A model generated the notes under the pieces. That model was not told the origin of the DNA, ran no database searches, and worked only from the letters and a program-made list of their open reading frames with translations. A stretch of 59,130 nt of DNA, counting the filler, from Sphacelaria rigidula (Eukaryota), in assembly GCA_964200075.2 (NCBI GenBank). It is 7 parts of 7 records of this genome, joined end to end, with 100 filler letters (N's around TTAATTAATTAA, not from the genome) between each part and the next. Parts side by side here need not be neighbours in the genome. Positions count along the whole stretch, not along the records: positions 8,463 to 16,824 come from CAXNAA020011387.1; positions 16,925 to 25,286 come from CAXNAA020011388.1; 5 more parts are not named here. One strand, 5' to 3'. The first letter of the stretch is position 1. Each line of letters opens with the position of its first letter. Of the stretch, positions 10,566-23,000 are shown piece after piece. Both the position numbers and the translations under genes were made by a program.

Positions 10566-13500
10566 GTATGGTCTCAGATCAGCACCCTATTTGGGACGGA
10601 CGCGGTGTGCTGTGAATGCTTTGAATTTCGTCTCAGCCGAGTTCACGACACTTTGCTTGGTCATGGGGTGCTAGATCGGGCGATAATGTCGGGCTAAGAC
10701 AAGTCTGAACAAGCCGTGTTCAAGAGGTTTACGGTGTGACTCGGCACAATAGCTAAATCAGCTGATGATCCTGGATCCGCAATACATACAGCATATGTAC
10801 GGTACACGAAGGTCCATGTATGTGTGAATATATGTATGCATGGGTGGGTCTCCATACTGTGCGAACTATACCAAGCCGAACATACTTGTACTGTGACTTG
10901 GACCTCAGCAACCAAGTTGGTTAATCTGAGTACCAAGGCCGACTGGTTTATTCCATAAGAGACAGGGCATACAACCACGAGGTGAGGTGATATTTTGGAC
11001 TGTGTGCAAGGTGCATATACAATATATATAGCTTCACATCGTGCAGCTCAGAAGAAAGCTCTTCCGCAAAACCACAAATAAATCCACCCGCACACACCTC
11101 CAGGGATGCACGGTACGTGAGGCGCACATGTCCATCCAAACACGCGGCTGCAATGGAAATGCTGCCTAATGAATTACTTCACCCGCCGCGTATTTTTTGG
11201 GTGGATAAGCTATCTGCTGTCAGATCCCCCATCATACGCGTATGCGTCTGAACTTTCCTTTGAAAGAGCCGTCCGGGCTAGCAATACTCAGTGACTGTTT
11301 GCCTAGACAGTACTGTAACGGTACCGCAAAATATCGTCAACTCCTGAGGAGGAAAGAGATTTTCTTCCAAAATGAGCTTGAAAATTGGATTGAGTTTTAA
11401 CTCCGAAACGGTGCTTTCCCTGACCTAAAGTTTCGACAGATGATTCTCACACGGACGACCTCATGTCCCCCAACCTACCTGAAACTATTTTTGGGGTTTT
11501 CCCGCCTCCCGTTCTCCTGAACAGTTTGTGCGAAAGCACCATTTTCGGGCTAAAAACGTCCCCTTTCTCACCCCGAAATCGAGGCAAGAAGGTGCTTCTG
11601 CACATACCATTTGAGGGAACGGAAGACGGGAAACCCTCCAAGAAGGTTTCAGGGAGGTCGGCGGGCATGAGGTCGTCCATGTAAAAGTCGTTTGTCATGA
11701 CTTTAAGTCAGGGAAAACACTGTTGTTCTCAACATGAAACTCATTCTAATGTCCAACCTCACCTTTGAAGATAACCTCTTCAGTAGGAGTGGCCCCACAA
11801 AAATTAAGCCTGTCCCGCCGAATGTCGCTAGCGTTTCATGGAGAACATCCCGCAGAAGCACCTACGGGCGGGGTAAAGAATATGTACATCGCCAATGATG
11901 GAGGCGAAGAAAAGCACAAACGGAATGAAAAATTGGCTGAGTTAAAGCGAATGATCAAAACCACTCTCGATCAGCGCTCTCCTCTCAATCGCACGAAAAC
12001 GTTGTTAAAACCAGCGGGACCGAAAAAATGCGTGAAGTCGAGTGCTGCAGTGGTGTCAACAGACTTGAATTGAAGTAAGTAACTTGCGCACGAACTCTAA
12101 CGAAAACACCGAAGCCCTCAGACCAGTTCTCATAAGGGCATATCTGCATCTGTACAAATCGGGGCATTTCAGCCTCTGTGAAGACGACTCTATCCCGTGG
12201 AATGAGTTTCGATCCTCCGATAGGGGGAGTGAGTGCGTTTTCAGCCAATTGTTGCACGAAGGAGCCGCTTTGCAACGTCGCTGCAAGCAGGAGTACGCAT
12301 ATGAATGCTGTTCTTATCGATGTCAAACTCCGTTTCGGACGGCTTGGCACCGCTTCCACCGATATAGCAAGAAATCCATTATTATGGAGTGAGATCGTGT
12401 AATACTCTTGTGACCCCATTCCCCCTACCCCACCCTCTCCACTATCGCAGGATCAGTCTTCTCCGATTGTCTCCAGACGTTGACCTTTTTTGGTATTTCA
12501 TCCTATTGTCCAAGTTCAGCAAGTTCGATTGTCTATGCGCAAGGGACAGGATGGTTGAGCCGCAGATCTATTCTTGTACGCTGGTATTCGAACCCGTCTC
12601 AATTTGAGCAGTAAGGTGAAAAATCAAAGGTAAACGACGCCGAAGAACCGGAGAATCTGGTTTCCTCATACTCGCAGCTAGCTGGGAATCATCGCCCAAT
12701 GAATAGGTGCCCGAAAACTCAATCCGCAGGATCAAATCTCCTTTAGCAAGGCTGAAGCAGATGCAAATATGACCAGGTTAAACCTGGTCTCATAAACCTA
12801 CTTCTGCATACGCGCATTTGCCCAGACTTTAGTGGCAGGTGTCCCCTTGAGTGTACACATTGGCAATCTGCTCTTCTTTTTTTCTGCCTCGTTTGTGATA
12901 CCAGTCATTACACCCTGGCGGCTGACCTCCGAGCGACTGTAAAGTCCCGGAAGGAAGCTGCTAACCTTGAAGGGTGGGGAAAATGCGATCCTTTAATGCG
13001 CTCATGTACACAGAGTAAGTTCGTCACGAGAACCTGAATGACTCTGCTCGTAGGCGCTCTTAGAGCAGACCTCATTACGTAGCATTCTGAGGTCGCTGCT
13101 TGGCCCATGGTGCACATAGGGTGTGGAAAACATTGGCCCTCGAGGGCTTTACTGCTGCTGGCGATGTGCTTCGCTAACCCGTGGCTGAGGTATATATTGT
13201 CGTGCGAAAGCGCAGTTGTAAAGCGTATCTGTATCCGAACATCGTGTTGGACCTACATCTTCCTGAATTCATCGATATAGGCCTACAGCAACAGTACCGC
13301 CATACTGTGCCATGATTACTGTACCAAAACGGAGGTTAGCTATCCGATGACTATTTTTTGCATTCCAGCGCGTTATAGCTAGGCTACTGCGTGCAACTGA
13401 CAGGAATCAAAGAAACACGATACTCGTGCGGTCCCTATTAGGTTGGATTCAGCTAGCCTAAAGTCGAAGTGCACACAATCTTCATCATTACTAAGAAGAA

Positions 13501-15865
13501 CGCACGCGGCACGACCCAGGTCAACAACTTGCGGGAGATTCAAGCACTGCGGCGACTGAGCCCAAATCAGCACGTCATTACTCTGGAAGAGGTGCTGTAC
13601 GATCAACCAACAGGACGCCTGGCTCTCGTGTTCGAACTGATGGACGCCAATCTGTACGAGCTTATTCGAGGAAGAAGACACTATCTCAACGGACAGGTGA
13701 AGCTTGAGATACTTCGGATTCTTGGAAATGTTCGACGGTAGCGCTGTGGGGTTAGGGATTCGAGAGTTGACGACGTTGGGGGTTAGGAATACAGGAATAT
13801 AAATATGAGGTGACCATTACACAGTGAACCGTTGCAACGTGTAGTGAGAAGTCTGTCAATACGTACGTTGATCGGGGTTCCCGACAACACTTGGCACATG
13901 GTCAAGGTATGCAAGGCTTGGAGGTTTGGGGTTGGAAAACCTGGGTCGAGAGCCGAAACGTTTTCGGAGTAATCTCCTCTCCGGGAACATACAGCGATCT
14001 AAAAGATCACTGCTGACATAAGAGCAGCCGATGGAAGTTCGTTTAATTCCCGTCGGAGTGGCAAGAGATTCACCACGAGAAGATACACCTTTTTCGCTGG
14101 GAGAACAGAACGAGACACATATGGTGTTATCTTGCAATTGGGGGCTGCAGTGTTGAGGAAGAAGGATCTTCGAGGTTAGCGTTAATCCTCGAGGCTTGAA
14201 ACACCCGCAAAGATACCGGGAAAATTCTGGTGTGGTGATGCTGGGATCGTAGAGATTTCGTGAAGGACGGCCAAGAGGCAAAAATCACGCTTTAATGATG
14301 ACGCTAACTGCCAAATCCGTGGCTGCTAGCTCGTCAAGACCTGAGAACTGAGAAACGAGAACCCGCGAAGCAGCGGGTCAACAACCCCCCCCAGAATTCT
14401 GGTGACCACTGCCTCTTGCTCTCGCATACTACTATTCTCTCATGGATTTCTGGTCGTCGGCCGGTAAACTACCCCGGGACGGACGCACATCCTCTCCGTG
14501 TCGCCGCCTTGTGTAGTTGGTGCGAAGCTACATGTATCAGCTGCTGAAGGCGCTGGATCACATGCATCGGAAGGGAATTTTCCATCGAGATATCAAGCCC
14601 GAGAATATCCTCATAGAGAGTACCAACGACCTGGGGAGGGGACTCAAGTTAGCGGACTTCGGGTCTTGTCGAGGGATTTACTCCAAGCAGGTAAATCCAC
14701 ATTCGTTCGGTACAGATTATGGTATCCCGTCGTCGAAAACATGAGGGCATGGGCGAGGCAGTAACTGTGATGTAGTCAACACCGGATGAAACATTGTCAG
14801 ATGAAAAACGGGGGGAGAAACGGGTTTTCCGCGTTTGAGACTACGGATTTGTCTGGAGGAAGGGAGGGGGGAGTCGGGGGGGGCAGGGTATGAAAAGAGG
14901 CAAAGTGAAACAATCGCGTGCCTCGATCCATGCGGGGCTTGGCCATAATGCCTACCTCCGATCATTCAGAAGCACCAAGTGGATACGTTCGTTGCGATCA
15001 ACGGCGTTTAGTGAAAAGAGATTCCCGGAGCAAGAGCATGCAACTCAGGAAATAAAATTGTCTCTCTTTCTCCCTTTGTCTGTCTGCCTCTTCCTCTTTC
15101 CCATTGTGATGCGGTACCCTCAAACGCGACCCTATTATTTCGCGCGCAGCCTTACACGGAGTACATCTCCACAAGATGGTATCGTGCACCTGAGTGTTTA
15201 CTAACAGACGGATACTACGGACCGGAAATGGACCAATGGGGTTCCGGCTGTGTGTTCTTCGAGATCACGAGCCTGTATCCCCTGTTTCCTGGAACGAACG
15301 AGTTGGATCAAATTGGCCGGGTGCATAAGGTGAGGCTTGACTAAGGATCAGCCGTTAAATGGAAATGCAACTTAGGTGAAGGGCTTTGAGCGCACGGCAG
15401 TTTCACATGAACAGGGTTATTTGCTATTGGCTTTGCGCAAGTACTCTGGAACATTGCACGTCGTACTCAGCAAGTGTAAATCTTATAAATGTGTGTGCGT
15501 GTTTTGTTTTTGAGCACCGAACAATACTATTGAGTTACCATCTAAGACCGCAAAATCAGAATTGTCGGGTAACCTGCAAGTGTTTTTTATCAGGAATTAC
15601 TGTTCCGAGAAATGTGGCTCGCCTGTACCCGTGCAATATGATAATCTTCATCGTGTATCTACTTTTCTGGATCTTTCAGTCATGATCTGATTTTTTCGCT
15701 TATGGATCTTGAAAGGTCCTTGGAAACCCCTCTGAGGAGGTGCTGGGTAAGTTCAAGAGGAATGGAGCTGCGCACGTGGACTTCAACTTCGCAACGCAAA
15801 AGGGAATAGGGGTCGCGCAGCTCATCCCCCATGCATCGCCGGAGTGCGTCGACCTGATCACTAAG
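10434..15865 (+). CDS. MOK: MOK/RAGE-family (Chlamydomonas LF4-like) Ser/Thr kinase, exons 1-5: join(10434..10565,13520..13696,14517..14690,15150..15329,15716..15865); 3' end missing
   Basis: The spliced 271-aa frame is open and all introns are GT-AG. Motifs: [60 protein letters not shown] (TEY loop), [11 protein letters not shown], characteristic of MOK/LF4. Confidence 0.93.
11338..11790. mobile_element. Foldback/MITE in kinase intron 1
   Basis: 11409-11490 and 11640-11722 are reverse complements (GTG.TTTCCCTGAC.TAAAGT...GGACGACCTCATG). Weaker pairing extends outward to ~11338 and ~11790. Confidence 0.7.
13520..13696 (+). CDS. MOK: MOK/LF4-like kinase exon 2
   Basis: [18 protein letters not shown]...[30 protein letters not shown], phase 0/0. 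Confidence 0.92.
14517..14690 (+). CDS. MOK: MOK/LF4-like kinase exon 3
   Basis: [14 protein letters not shown]...[10 protein letters not shown]...[20 protein letters not shown]. Confidence 0.92.
15150..15329 (+). CDS. MOK: MOK/LF4-like kinase exon 4
   Basis: [69 protein letters not shown]. Not in the ORF track; read by hand. Confidence 0.92.
15716..15865 (+). CDS. MOK: MOK/LF4-like kinase exon 5
   Basis: [59 protein letters not shown]. Confidence 0.88.
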
Positions 15866-16705
15866 GTAGACTTCGCCGATCCAAAGAAGACCCTTCTGTT
15901 CGGTAAACAACATACAAACATGTCTGTGCTGTACACAGATATCGCTAGTCGCCACCGCGTAACGCTCCGTCGTCATCCTGTTCCGGTCACCTGAAAGCGT
16001 CAGAACGAGAGGTCGCAAAAACAAATCCAGTCAAAGAAACAGCAGGAAGGACGCGGGCATGTGTTCTGATTAGGGATTTTTTTTTACCAAAAACCAAAAT
16101 CGAGGTGCAAGAGTGGACTTTCAATATCTATCTATCTATATCTATCTATATATATATATATATCAGGTTTCAGAGAGGTAGGTAAAGAGGGAGGGGAGGG
16201 ATTATGCATTTGAAACGCATGGAATACTTCTGATCCTGAGGGGAAAAGGGGTGGCGTTCGGAGGCTAGCCTCTTGGTCGACGAATGCTCCAGATCTTCCC
16301 CAAATCGACCACTTGGAGTATATGAAAAATGAACTGCCTTGGATGACCCATATATTTATGGGTGCGGAGTTGGGAGGTACGAAATAAACGGCATCGCATG
16401 GTATTTTTGAGGGGGGGGAGGGGGGAGTTCTCGTAAAACATATAGAGGCTGCTCAGCTGTAGCATCGGGAGGTTGGGTAATTGTGTCGAGGGTGAGTAGA
16501 TGATGTGATCTCTCAATGACGTCTGGTACCCTGGGGGTGAAAATGACGACGACGACAAAGGCAAAAGAACATCAAACGATGGAACCAACTGACCAACCAA
16601 CTGTAAAACTGGAGAAAACCACAGGCCCGAGACACACGCCTCACCCTCTCGAAAGCTATGCGTATTCGATGGTCAAACGACTGAGGCAAGCAACGAATGA
16701 GTACG

Positions 16706-16751
<46 letters not shown>

Positions 16752-16824
16752 TTCCAGCCCTTTTTTTCCGCCCCCCCCCACCCCCCCCCCCCCCCCACCC
16801 CCACCCCCTCCCCCCCCCCCCCCC

Positions 16825-16924
16825 NNNNNNNNNNNNNNNNNNNNNNNNNNNNNNNNNNNNNNNNNNNNTTAATTAATTAANNNNNNNNNNNNNNNNNNNN
16901 NNNNNNNNNNNNNNNNNNNNNNNN
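16825..16924. other. Artificial contig-joining linker
   Basis: N44-TTAATTAATTAA-N44, preceded by a poly-C tract at the contig end. Confidence 0.97.
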
Positions 16925-18686
16925 TTGGCTTGTTTTACAGCGCCGTTGCCACTCGACGCCAACCCAAGAGTCTAGAGGTGAGGGGGGGGAGGGGGGGAAG
17001 GGGGCTCCGCGCCCAGCCCTCTTCGACGCACATGCGGGCGACTACTCTGCGGGCGAGAAGTCGTTTAGTGTTCTCAACTTTCACCCATACATTTCGTACA
17101 TGGCACCTGTCGCGCAAGAGTTACTCCCATCCGTGAAACTGAACGATATCTTTTCTACCTCGTCGCCATTGGCATCCGCCCTTCCTAAGACGCCGCTTGG
17201 TGCTTTGGTCAATCCTCGTCGAAGTCCGATAACTCCTCTGCGCCCGAGTCAACATCCGACTCCGACTCAGTGTCATCTGCTGGCGCCTAACGTCCCGCTG
17301 ACTATAAGGGGGGGGGTGAGTTAGCATGCGTTCGCCCTTCAAGCCCCAAGAGGAACCCCTCTCGCAGCCCATCGCCGCTTCCCCTCCGGAGTGCGGACTG
17401 GCGGCGAGCGCTTCTGCGCCTGCCGTGTGAACGCGAAGAAACCACAGGAGCTCCGCAAGTGTCGGCGCCGCCTGTTGCAGCGTCCCGCCATGGTGTCCGA
17501 CATCCCCCGGCGACAGGCGTACGTTCGACCGCGGTTGGAGTCGATCGACCTGTCCTACCGCCCGATCCACCGCCGCTCCCTGTGCCGTCACTACATGGCG
17601 ATCGCAATTGCAATGTAGATCGCACCAATCGCTCCTCTGCAATGCTGTGCGCGTCTTCCGCGGGAATTACCGCTTCCTGCACACATTTGCAAGGCCGGAA
17701 AGGGACGATGAGTCTCCGCACACATGTGGAGCATGTTTGCTAATTCCGCCGATAGCGATGGGCCGCAATTGACCCACCCCCCCATATCATGCAGAGGTTG
17801 GTGGAGCAATTTCCATTGTAGGAATTTCTGTATTTCGCTATTCGATATACCTGTGCGCCGCCGCTCCCTATGGCAGGCTAAAAAAGGAATATGCAACGGT
17901 GCCCTTACTAGAACGTGTACATCGCTTGATACCTTAAGAGAGAGCTGGCCAGATTTCGACACCTTGCAATGCTTTTTGTACTCCTGGATATGGTGAAAAG
18001 AAAATCTGGGCGTTTCTTCGGTGGCTCATCCTTTTGTTTTGTTCATCTCACTCGCTTTTTCCTCCCAACCTGGTCATTTTTCCTCGACGATCGGTGAGGT
18101 CCACGGATAATTTTTTGGAACGGCGTGACTACCGCGTGAACCGGAACCTCTGTTTTCCCCGATACCCTACCGCAATAAACGTTCAAAGTCGGGAATTTTT
18201 TCAAGTGTTTCCCTAGTGAGGGATGTTCGCAAGTGTTGCGCGTGCCGCCGTTTATCCCAGTAAACGTTTGGTCACATAGTTTGGGGATCGGGAGATACTG
18301 CACAACCCTCTAGTATTTTGGCTCGAATGGGGCGATCTGTATCGTTTTGTGAACTAATGACGAGGAATACTTATTTTGAACTCGCCTATGTATCGCGCCA
18401 GAGACGCAAAACTGTCTCATAACACGGGTTTTCACACGTTGGGGATGGTGTTCTTATCGAGGATGACTAACCCAGAGAATGAAAATCTTATTATCTACAC
18501 ATCCAATATTCGGAGCATGGTCCCATATCTGCACTTGCTGGTATTTAGTGACAAGTATCACACGCCATACTAATTTTGATCTCGGTAACGGAAATGTTGG
18601 GGTCCTAGGTGCAGAACCATTTTTTGTGAATTTTGACCATCTGATCGGATCATCAATTCCCCAAAATTGTTTCTTCAACTACGGCT

Positions 18687-20099
18687 CCAACATGTCCACA
18701 CGTCGGACAGATGAGCTCCCTATAGCTCGAGCTAGCTCTTTTTGAGCGTAGCTCTCTAGAGAGCTACATTGGCTATACATCTTTTTCCTGGGGTGAGCTA
18801 TGAGAGCTGTATGAGCTACGCATGTTGACCGTACGTGAGCTACCAAACCGTAGCTCATCAGCTCAGATTCGTCCTGGATGAGCTATGGGAGCTGTATGAG
18901 CTACGCACGTTTGCGTTAGGTGAGCTACCAACCCGTAGCTCATCAGCTCAGATTTGTCCTGGGTGGGCTTTAAGAGCTGCATAAGCTACGCATGTTTGCC
19001 CTGGGTGAGCTACCAACCCGTAGCTCATCAGCTCAGATTCGCCCTGGGTGAGCTATGAGAGCTGCATGAGCTACACATGTTTGCCCCGGATAAGCCATGA
19101 GAGATGCATGAGCTACATATTTGCCCTGGATGAGCTATGAGAGATGCATGAGCTACAGATATTTGCCCTGGATGAGCTTTAAGAGATACATGAGCTACAC
19201 ATGGTTGCCCTGGATGAGCTATGAGAGCTACGGTTGCCTATCCCTTTGACCGCGAGGGTAGGAGATCTCTGAAACCGCATAATTCACACCCGAAAAATCA
19301 AGTGAATTATGCTGATTGATCAGATCGCCAACCCTCGCGGTCAAAGGGCTAACCCCTTGACAGCGAGCACAAGTCATCTGTTGAATCGGTCCCAATTTCA
19401 ATTGAAGAACGTATGCATAACCAGATGGACTCGTACGCACGCGGCCAACCGATCAAAAGAATGGATCGGTCGATTATTGTAGACACTGAATACTAATACT
19501 TTTTCTAACCATCCGACCAAGCGAACGAGGATGTGTTGGCTTATTTTCTTCCTATCGCGAAGAGTGAGGTAAATCATCACACCCTAATGATATGTGGCAC
19601 CATCCGTCCGATAAAGAATGTTGCATCATTAGCGACACGGGGTTGGCCAGCGGCGAGCTAGGCACATGACGTGAGTGAGTCACGACCATGTGTCCCTGGG
19701 GTGAGCTACCGAGCGTAGCTCATCCGCTCATGTTTTTCCCAGGTGAGCTACAAGAGCTGCGTGAGCTACACATGTTTGCCTTGAGTGAGCTATCGAGCGT
19801 GGCTCATTCGCATATGTTTTCCTGGGTGAGCTGTGAGAGCTACATGAGCTGCACGTGTTTGCCCTGGGTGAGCTCTCAATCCGTAGCTCATCAGCTCAGA
19901 TTTGCCCTGGGTGAGCTACCAACTCGTAGCTCATCAACTCATATTCGCCCTGGGTGAGCTACCAACTCGTAGCTCATCAGCGCACGTTTGCCTTGTGTTG
20001 AGCTATCGGGCGTAGCTCACATGTACATGTTTAACGGCAAGTGAGCTACCGCCCGCAGATGAGCTAGCTCATGAGCTGTCCTCCGTGTGAACATGTCGG
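18687..20099. mobile_element. TIR-bounded element carrying an AGCT-rich ~40-bp-unit minisatellite
   Basis: Ends CCAACATGTCCACACGTCGGACAG and, reverse-complemented, CCGACATGTTCACACGGAGGACAG. Arrays of GAGCTACACATGTTTGCCCTGGGTGAGCTA-like units at ~18780-19230 and ~19690-20020 lie in the same orientation. Confidence 0.7.
19242..19348. mobile_element. 107-bp hairpin mini-MITE, piggyBac-like ends
   Basis: Perfect 18-bp IR CCCTTTGACCGCGAGGGT / ACCCTCGCGGTCAAAGGG plus inner GCATAATTCAC/GTGAATTATGC. Flanks CTAT and CTAA. Confidence 0.65.
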
Positions 20100-23000
20100 T
20101 TATCAGGATCCAAACTTGTATGGCGTCCAGTACCTTTGGAGCAAATTTTCCACTGACTGTAATACACTTGTATGCGAGGAGTGTGTCATGGAGCACTGAC
20201 TGTGCCATCGCGGGTGCGGTGTGCGAGGTGTGTGTGATGAAACGTCAAATTCCAGCCTGAAGAAAATCTCTGGGAATCGATTCCTTTTCCCGAAGATACT
20301 TGGAAAAATCGCTCTCTGGGAATTTAGGTCAGTTTCCCGATACTTATTTTCATCAAAAATGACCCTATAAGTCGCATTCTGGTAAAGTATCTGGAAATTG
20401 ACCGGAACGACACTTTTATCAGTTTACGAGAAGCGGCTTCAATAAAGAAATCCATCTCCACTCTGTAAAATGCCGTGTTTTGTGACAACCGGTGACGGTC
20501 TGTAACACCCCCCGCATGAACACGGCACTTACTCCGTATGGCCCTGACAACACCAATTCAGCATTGTGTGGTGGGCCCGATCTCCTTCTGTTCCCACTAT
20601 CGCCCGACGCCAGCACTTTTAATCGCCTTGGATAGAAGCGATAACACTACCAAATATCCCTTGACTACCCGAAACGTACACAGGGCAAATTTCGTGTGCC
20701 GCCGCATTTTCAGAAAATTACCCAAACGACAAAAAAAGACAAGTAAACTGCGGCAAAATTGCGGCACAGTGTACTATACTCGCTGTGGCAGGTTGTGCAT
20801 GCCTAAAGCAGTGCATGGTGCTCACCTCCTGCGTGGGTATCCCGTTTCCTCTTGGCCCTTCGCCGCCCCGGAAACATCCTGGCGGACCCCTTCCATGGTC
20901 GACGGACACTCCGTCTCTTCGGCCGGAACGACTTCCATCCACACCCACCGCCTATTGGTACGCAGACCCTGCACACTTTGACATTTATTTGACGGCGCAG
21001 GGCAAGAACAAGTGGCGAATACCTCAATTACCTCGACTCTGTCTCACGTTGATGTCCATGACACGCGAGTGTCATGCAGATCATAACCCTCACAGGAGAG
21101 CAACCGCACATCTGAATTAGATTGCACTCTGACGAGTAACGCCGATGATTACTCCCAAGCCTCGTCATTGTCGGCCATAATACGACACCGTGCTCTCCCC
21201 ATGCCATGTGGGCATTTCTGTACAGTAAATCCTAACGGTACAATGCACGATTATTTCAAAGGCAAGTGCGCAAATGTAGCCGCCCGGGGCTTTCATGTTA
21301 CACGAAAAAGGACAGAGCACAACACCTAATCTTGCTGCAAGGCAGTCGGGTTTCAAAAATCTGGACCTGCGATGGGTGGTATTCCACGTATACATGAACT
21401 GCAGCAAAAGCGGCTTGGTACATGTTGTAGTGAACTGCGCAAGAGAATCACTGCAGGACAGAGATATACGAAGTATGTTACGAGGAGAAAGAAGCCAGCA
21501 AGCGATAAAGCCCAAGGACACAATAGAGTAGGTACCAATGCACAAATCAGGGAACACCACAAGACCACCGATCGAGGACAAAGTCAATAGCCGATTGGAA
21601 AAAACAGGTATATACCAGTTTCAGTGTTAAACCTCGCTTTCCTCACTTATTCCCAGTCGTGTACGAAGCGCACACTCTGTCGGCCATTTCCATCCTGGAT
21701 TCCTCGCGATGTTATGTGTCCAATATGACCTCACGACTTTAGTAGTTCCACTACGCCATTTGCGCTTTTTTTCATCCCTTCCGTTGACATTCAACATAGC
21801 TGTGTGATTGGACTCCTATCTTTCGAGTTGAGCCATTGGACGTTGTCACCGAAGACACTTAACTGACGTGAGTAAATGACGGAAAACTATTCGAAGAACC
21901 CTCCTTGTTCGCCCCCGGGTCTTGTTTGAACCCGATTTTCTCGGGGATGAAACCTGAAAACGTGTGGGATTCCGTCAAAAGAAACAAGAGAAGAAATCGC
22001 AGATGACCACGCGGTGTGGTTAGTGGATAAAGGGAGCATACTTTAGTGTAGGTGGCCGTTTTCGGATGAAGTTTCTATTGGAAATGAGGTATCCACGTTC
22101 GGTTTCAATTCGGTACATTACGGTGGGGCGCACGCAGGATACGATGGGGGGAAAGGGTCGAGCGATTGGATGCACCCTGCGATCTACCGACTGTACTGTG
22201 GGATGAGATAGTTGAGTTACGGGTTCCGAAGAAGAACGTTGTCGTGCGCTGCTGCCGAAGGATCTCCAAAGCGAGGCATAATTCACTCTCTTGTTATTTA
22301 GGCAAGGATTCGGCCGTGACCGATTGTAGGCGAGCAGAACAAGTGAACGAGGTGGTACGGCAGGACCGGCTACGTTCCGCCAGGGTTCATGCGGTGGCCC
22401 CATAGTTCCGAGCTCTTGTACCGGAGACAATGTTGCCTAGGTTGCCAACGATCCAGTTTCACAGGATTGAACGTTTCGGGTCCGCTCATGTGTGTGACCG
22501 GCGGGCCCCGTTCCTGACACTGTTTCTCCGGCTTACATGTGTATTTGAATGTTCATTACGCTCATACGTATGTGGTCTCCACAGTACACTTCATTTTCTT
22601 TTTCTTTTTTCGTCATACTTTCAACCCTTTCCCTTCCTTGGGACGAGTCCATACTCTCCAGAGATCCATCCATCTCTCCCACGGCACATGCCTTGCAATT
22701 TGGAGGAACGAGTGCCACGTCATCCTGAGGATATCTCACCTTGTCTTTTGCGAAGCTCGTTTTGTTGGTGTGACGTCCTGCGACAACCTCATTGCTCGGT
22801 ACCCACCACGTCTTCAACATAGAAGCCGCACCCGCTAGCGAGAGCCTCGCGTATTACAATACAAAGTAGGTAAAGAGCTCTGCAGTTAGTGGTCATGGAC
22901 GAGTTTCGAGCTGAGTATTACACACTGAATCCGCCATGTGTTCCCCAAGCGATTTGTCGCTGCTGGCGGTGGTGGTGGATCGCGGGTTGCGCATGAGTCG

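Noticed and set aside
16516..16872. Poly-Pro ORF (formin/extensin-like)
   Set aside because: Low-quality poly-C tract at a contig end running into Ns.
18780..20020. CRISPR-like repeat array
   Set aside because: Units are contiguous and degenerate with no unique spacers and no cas genes; the context is eukaryotic. It is a minisatellite.
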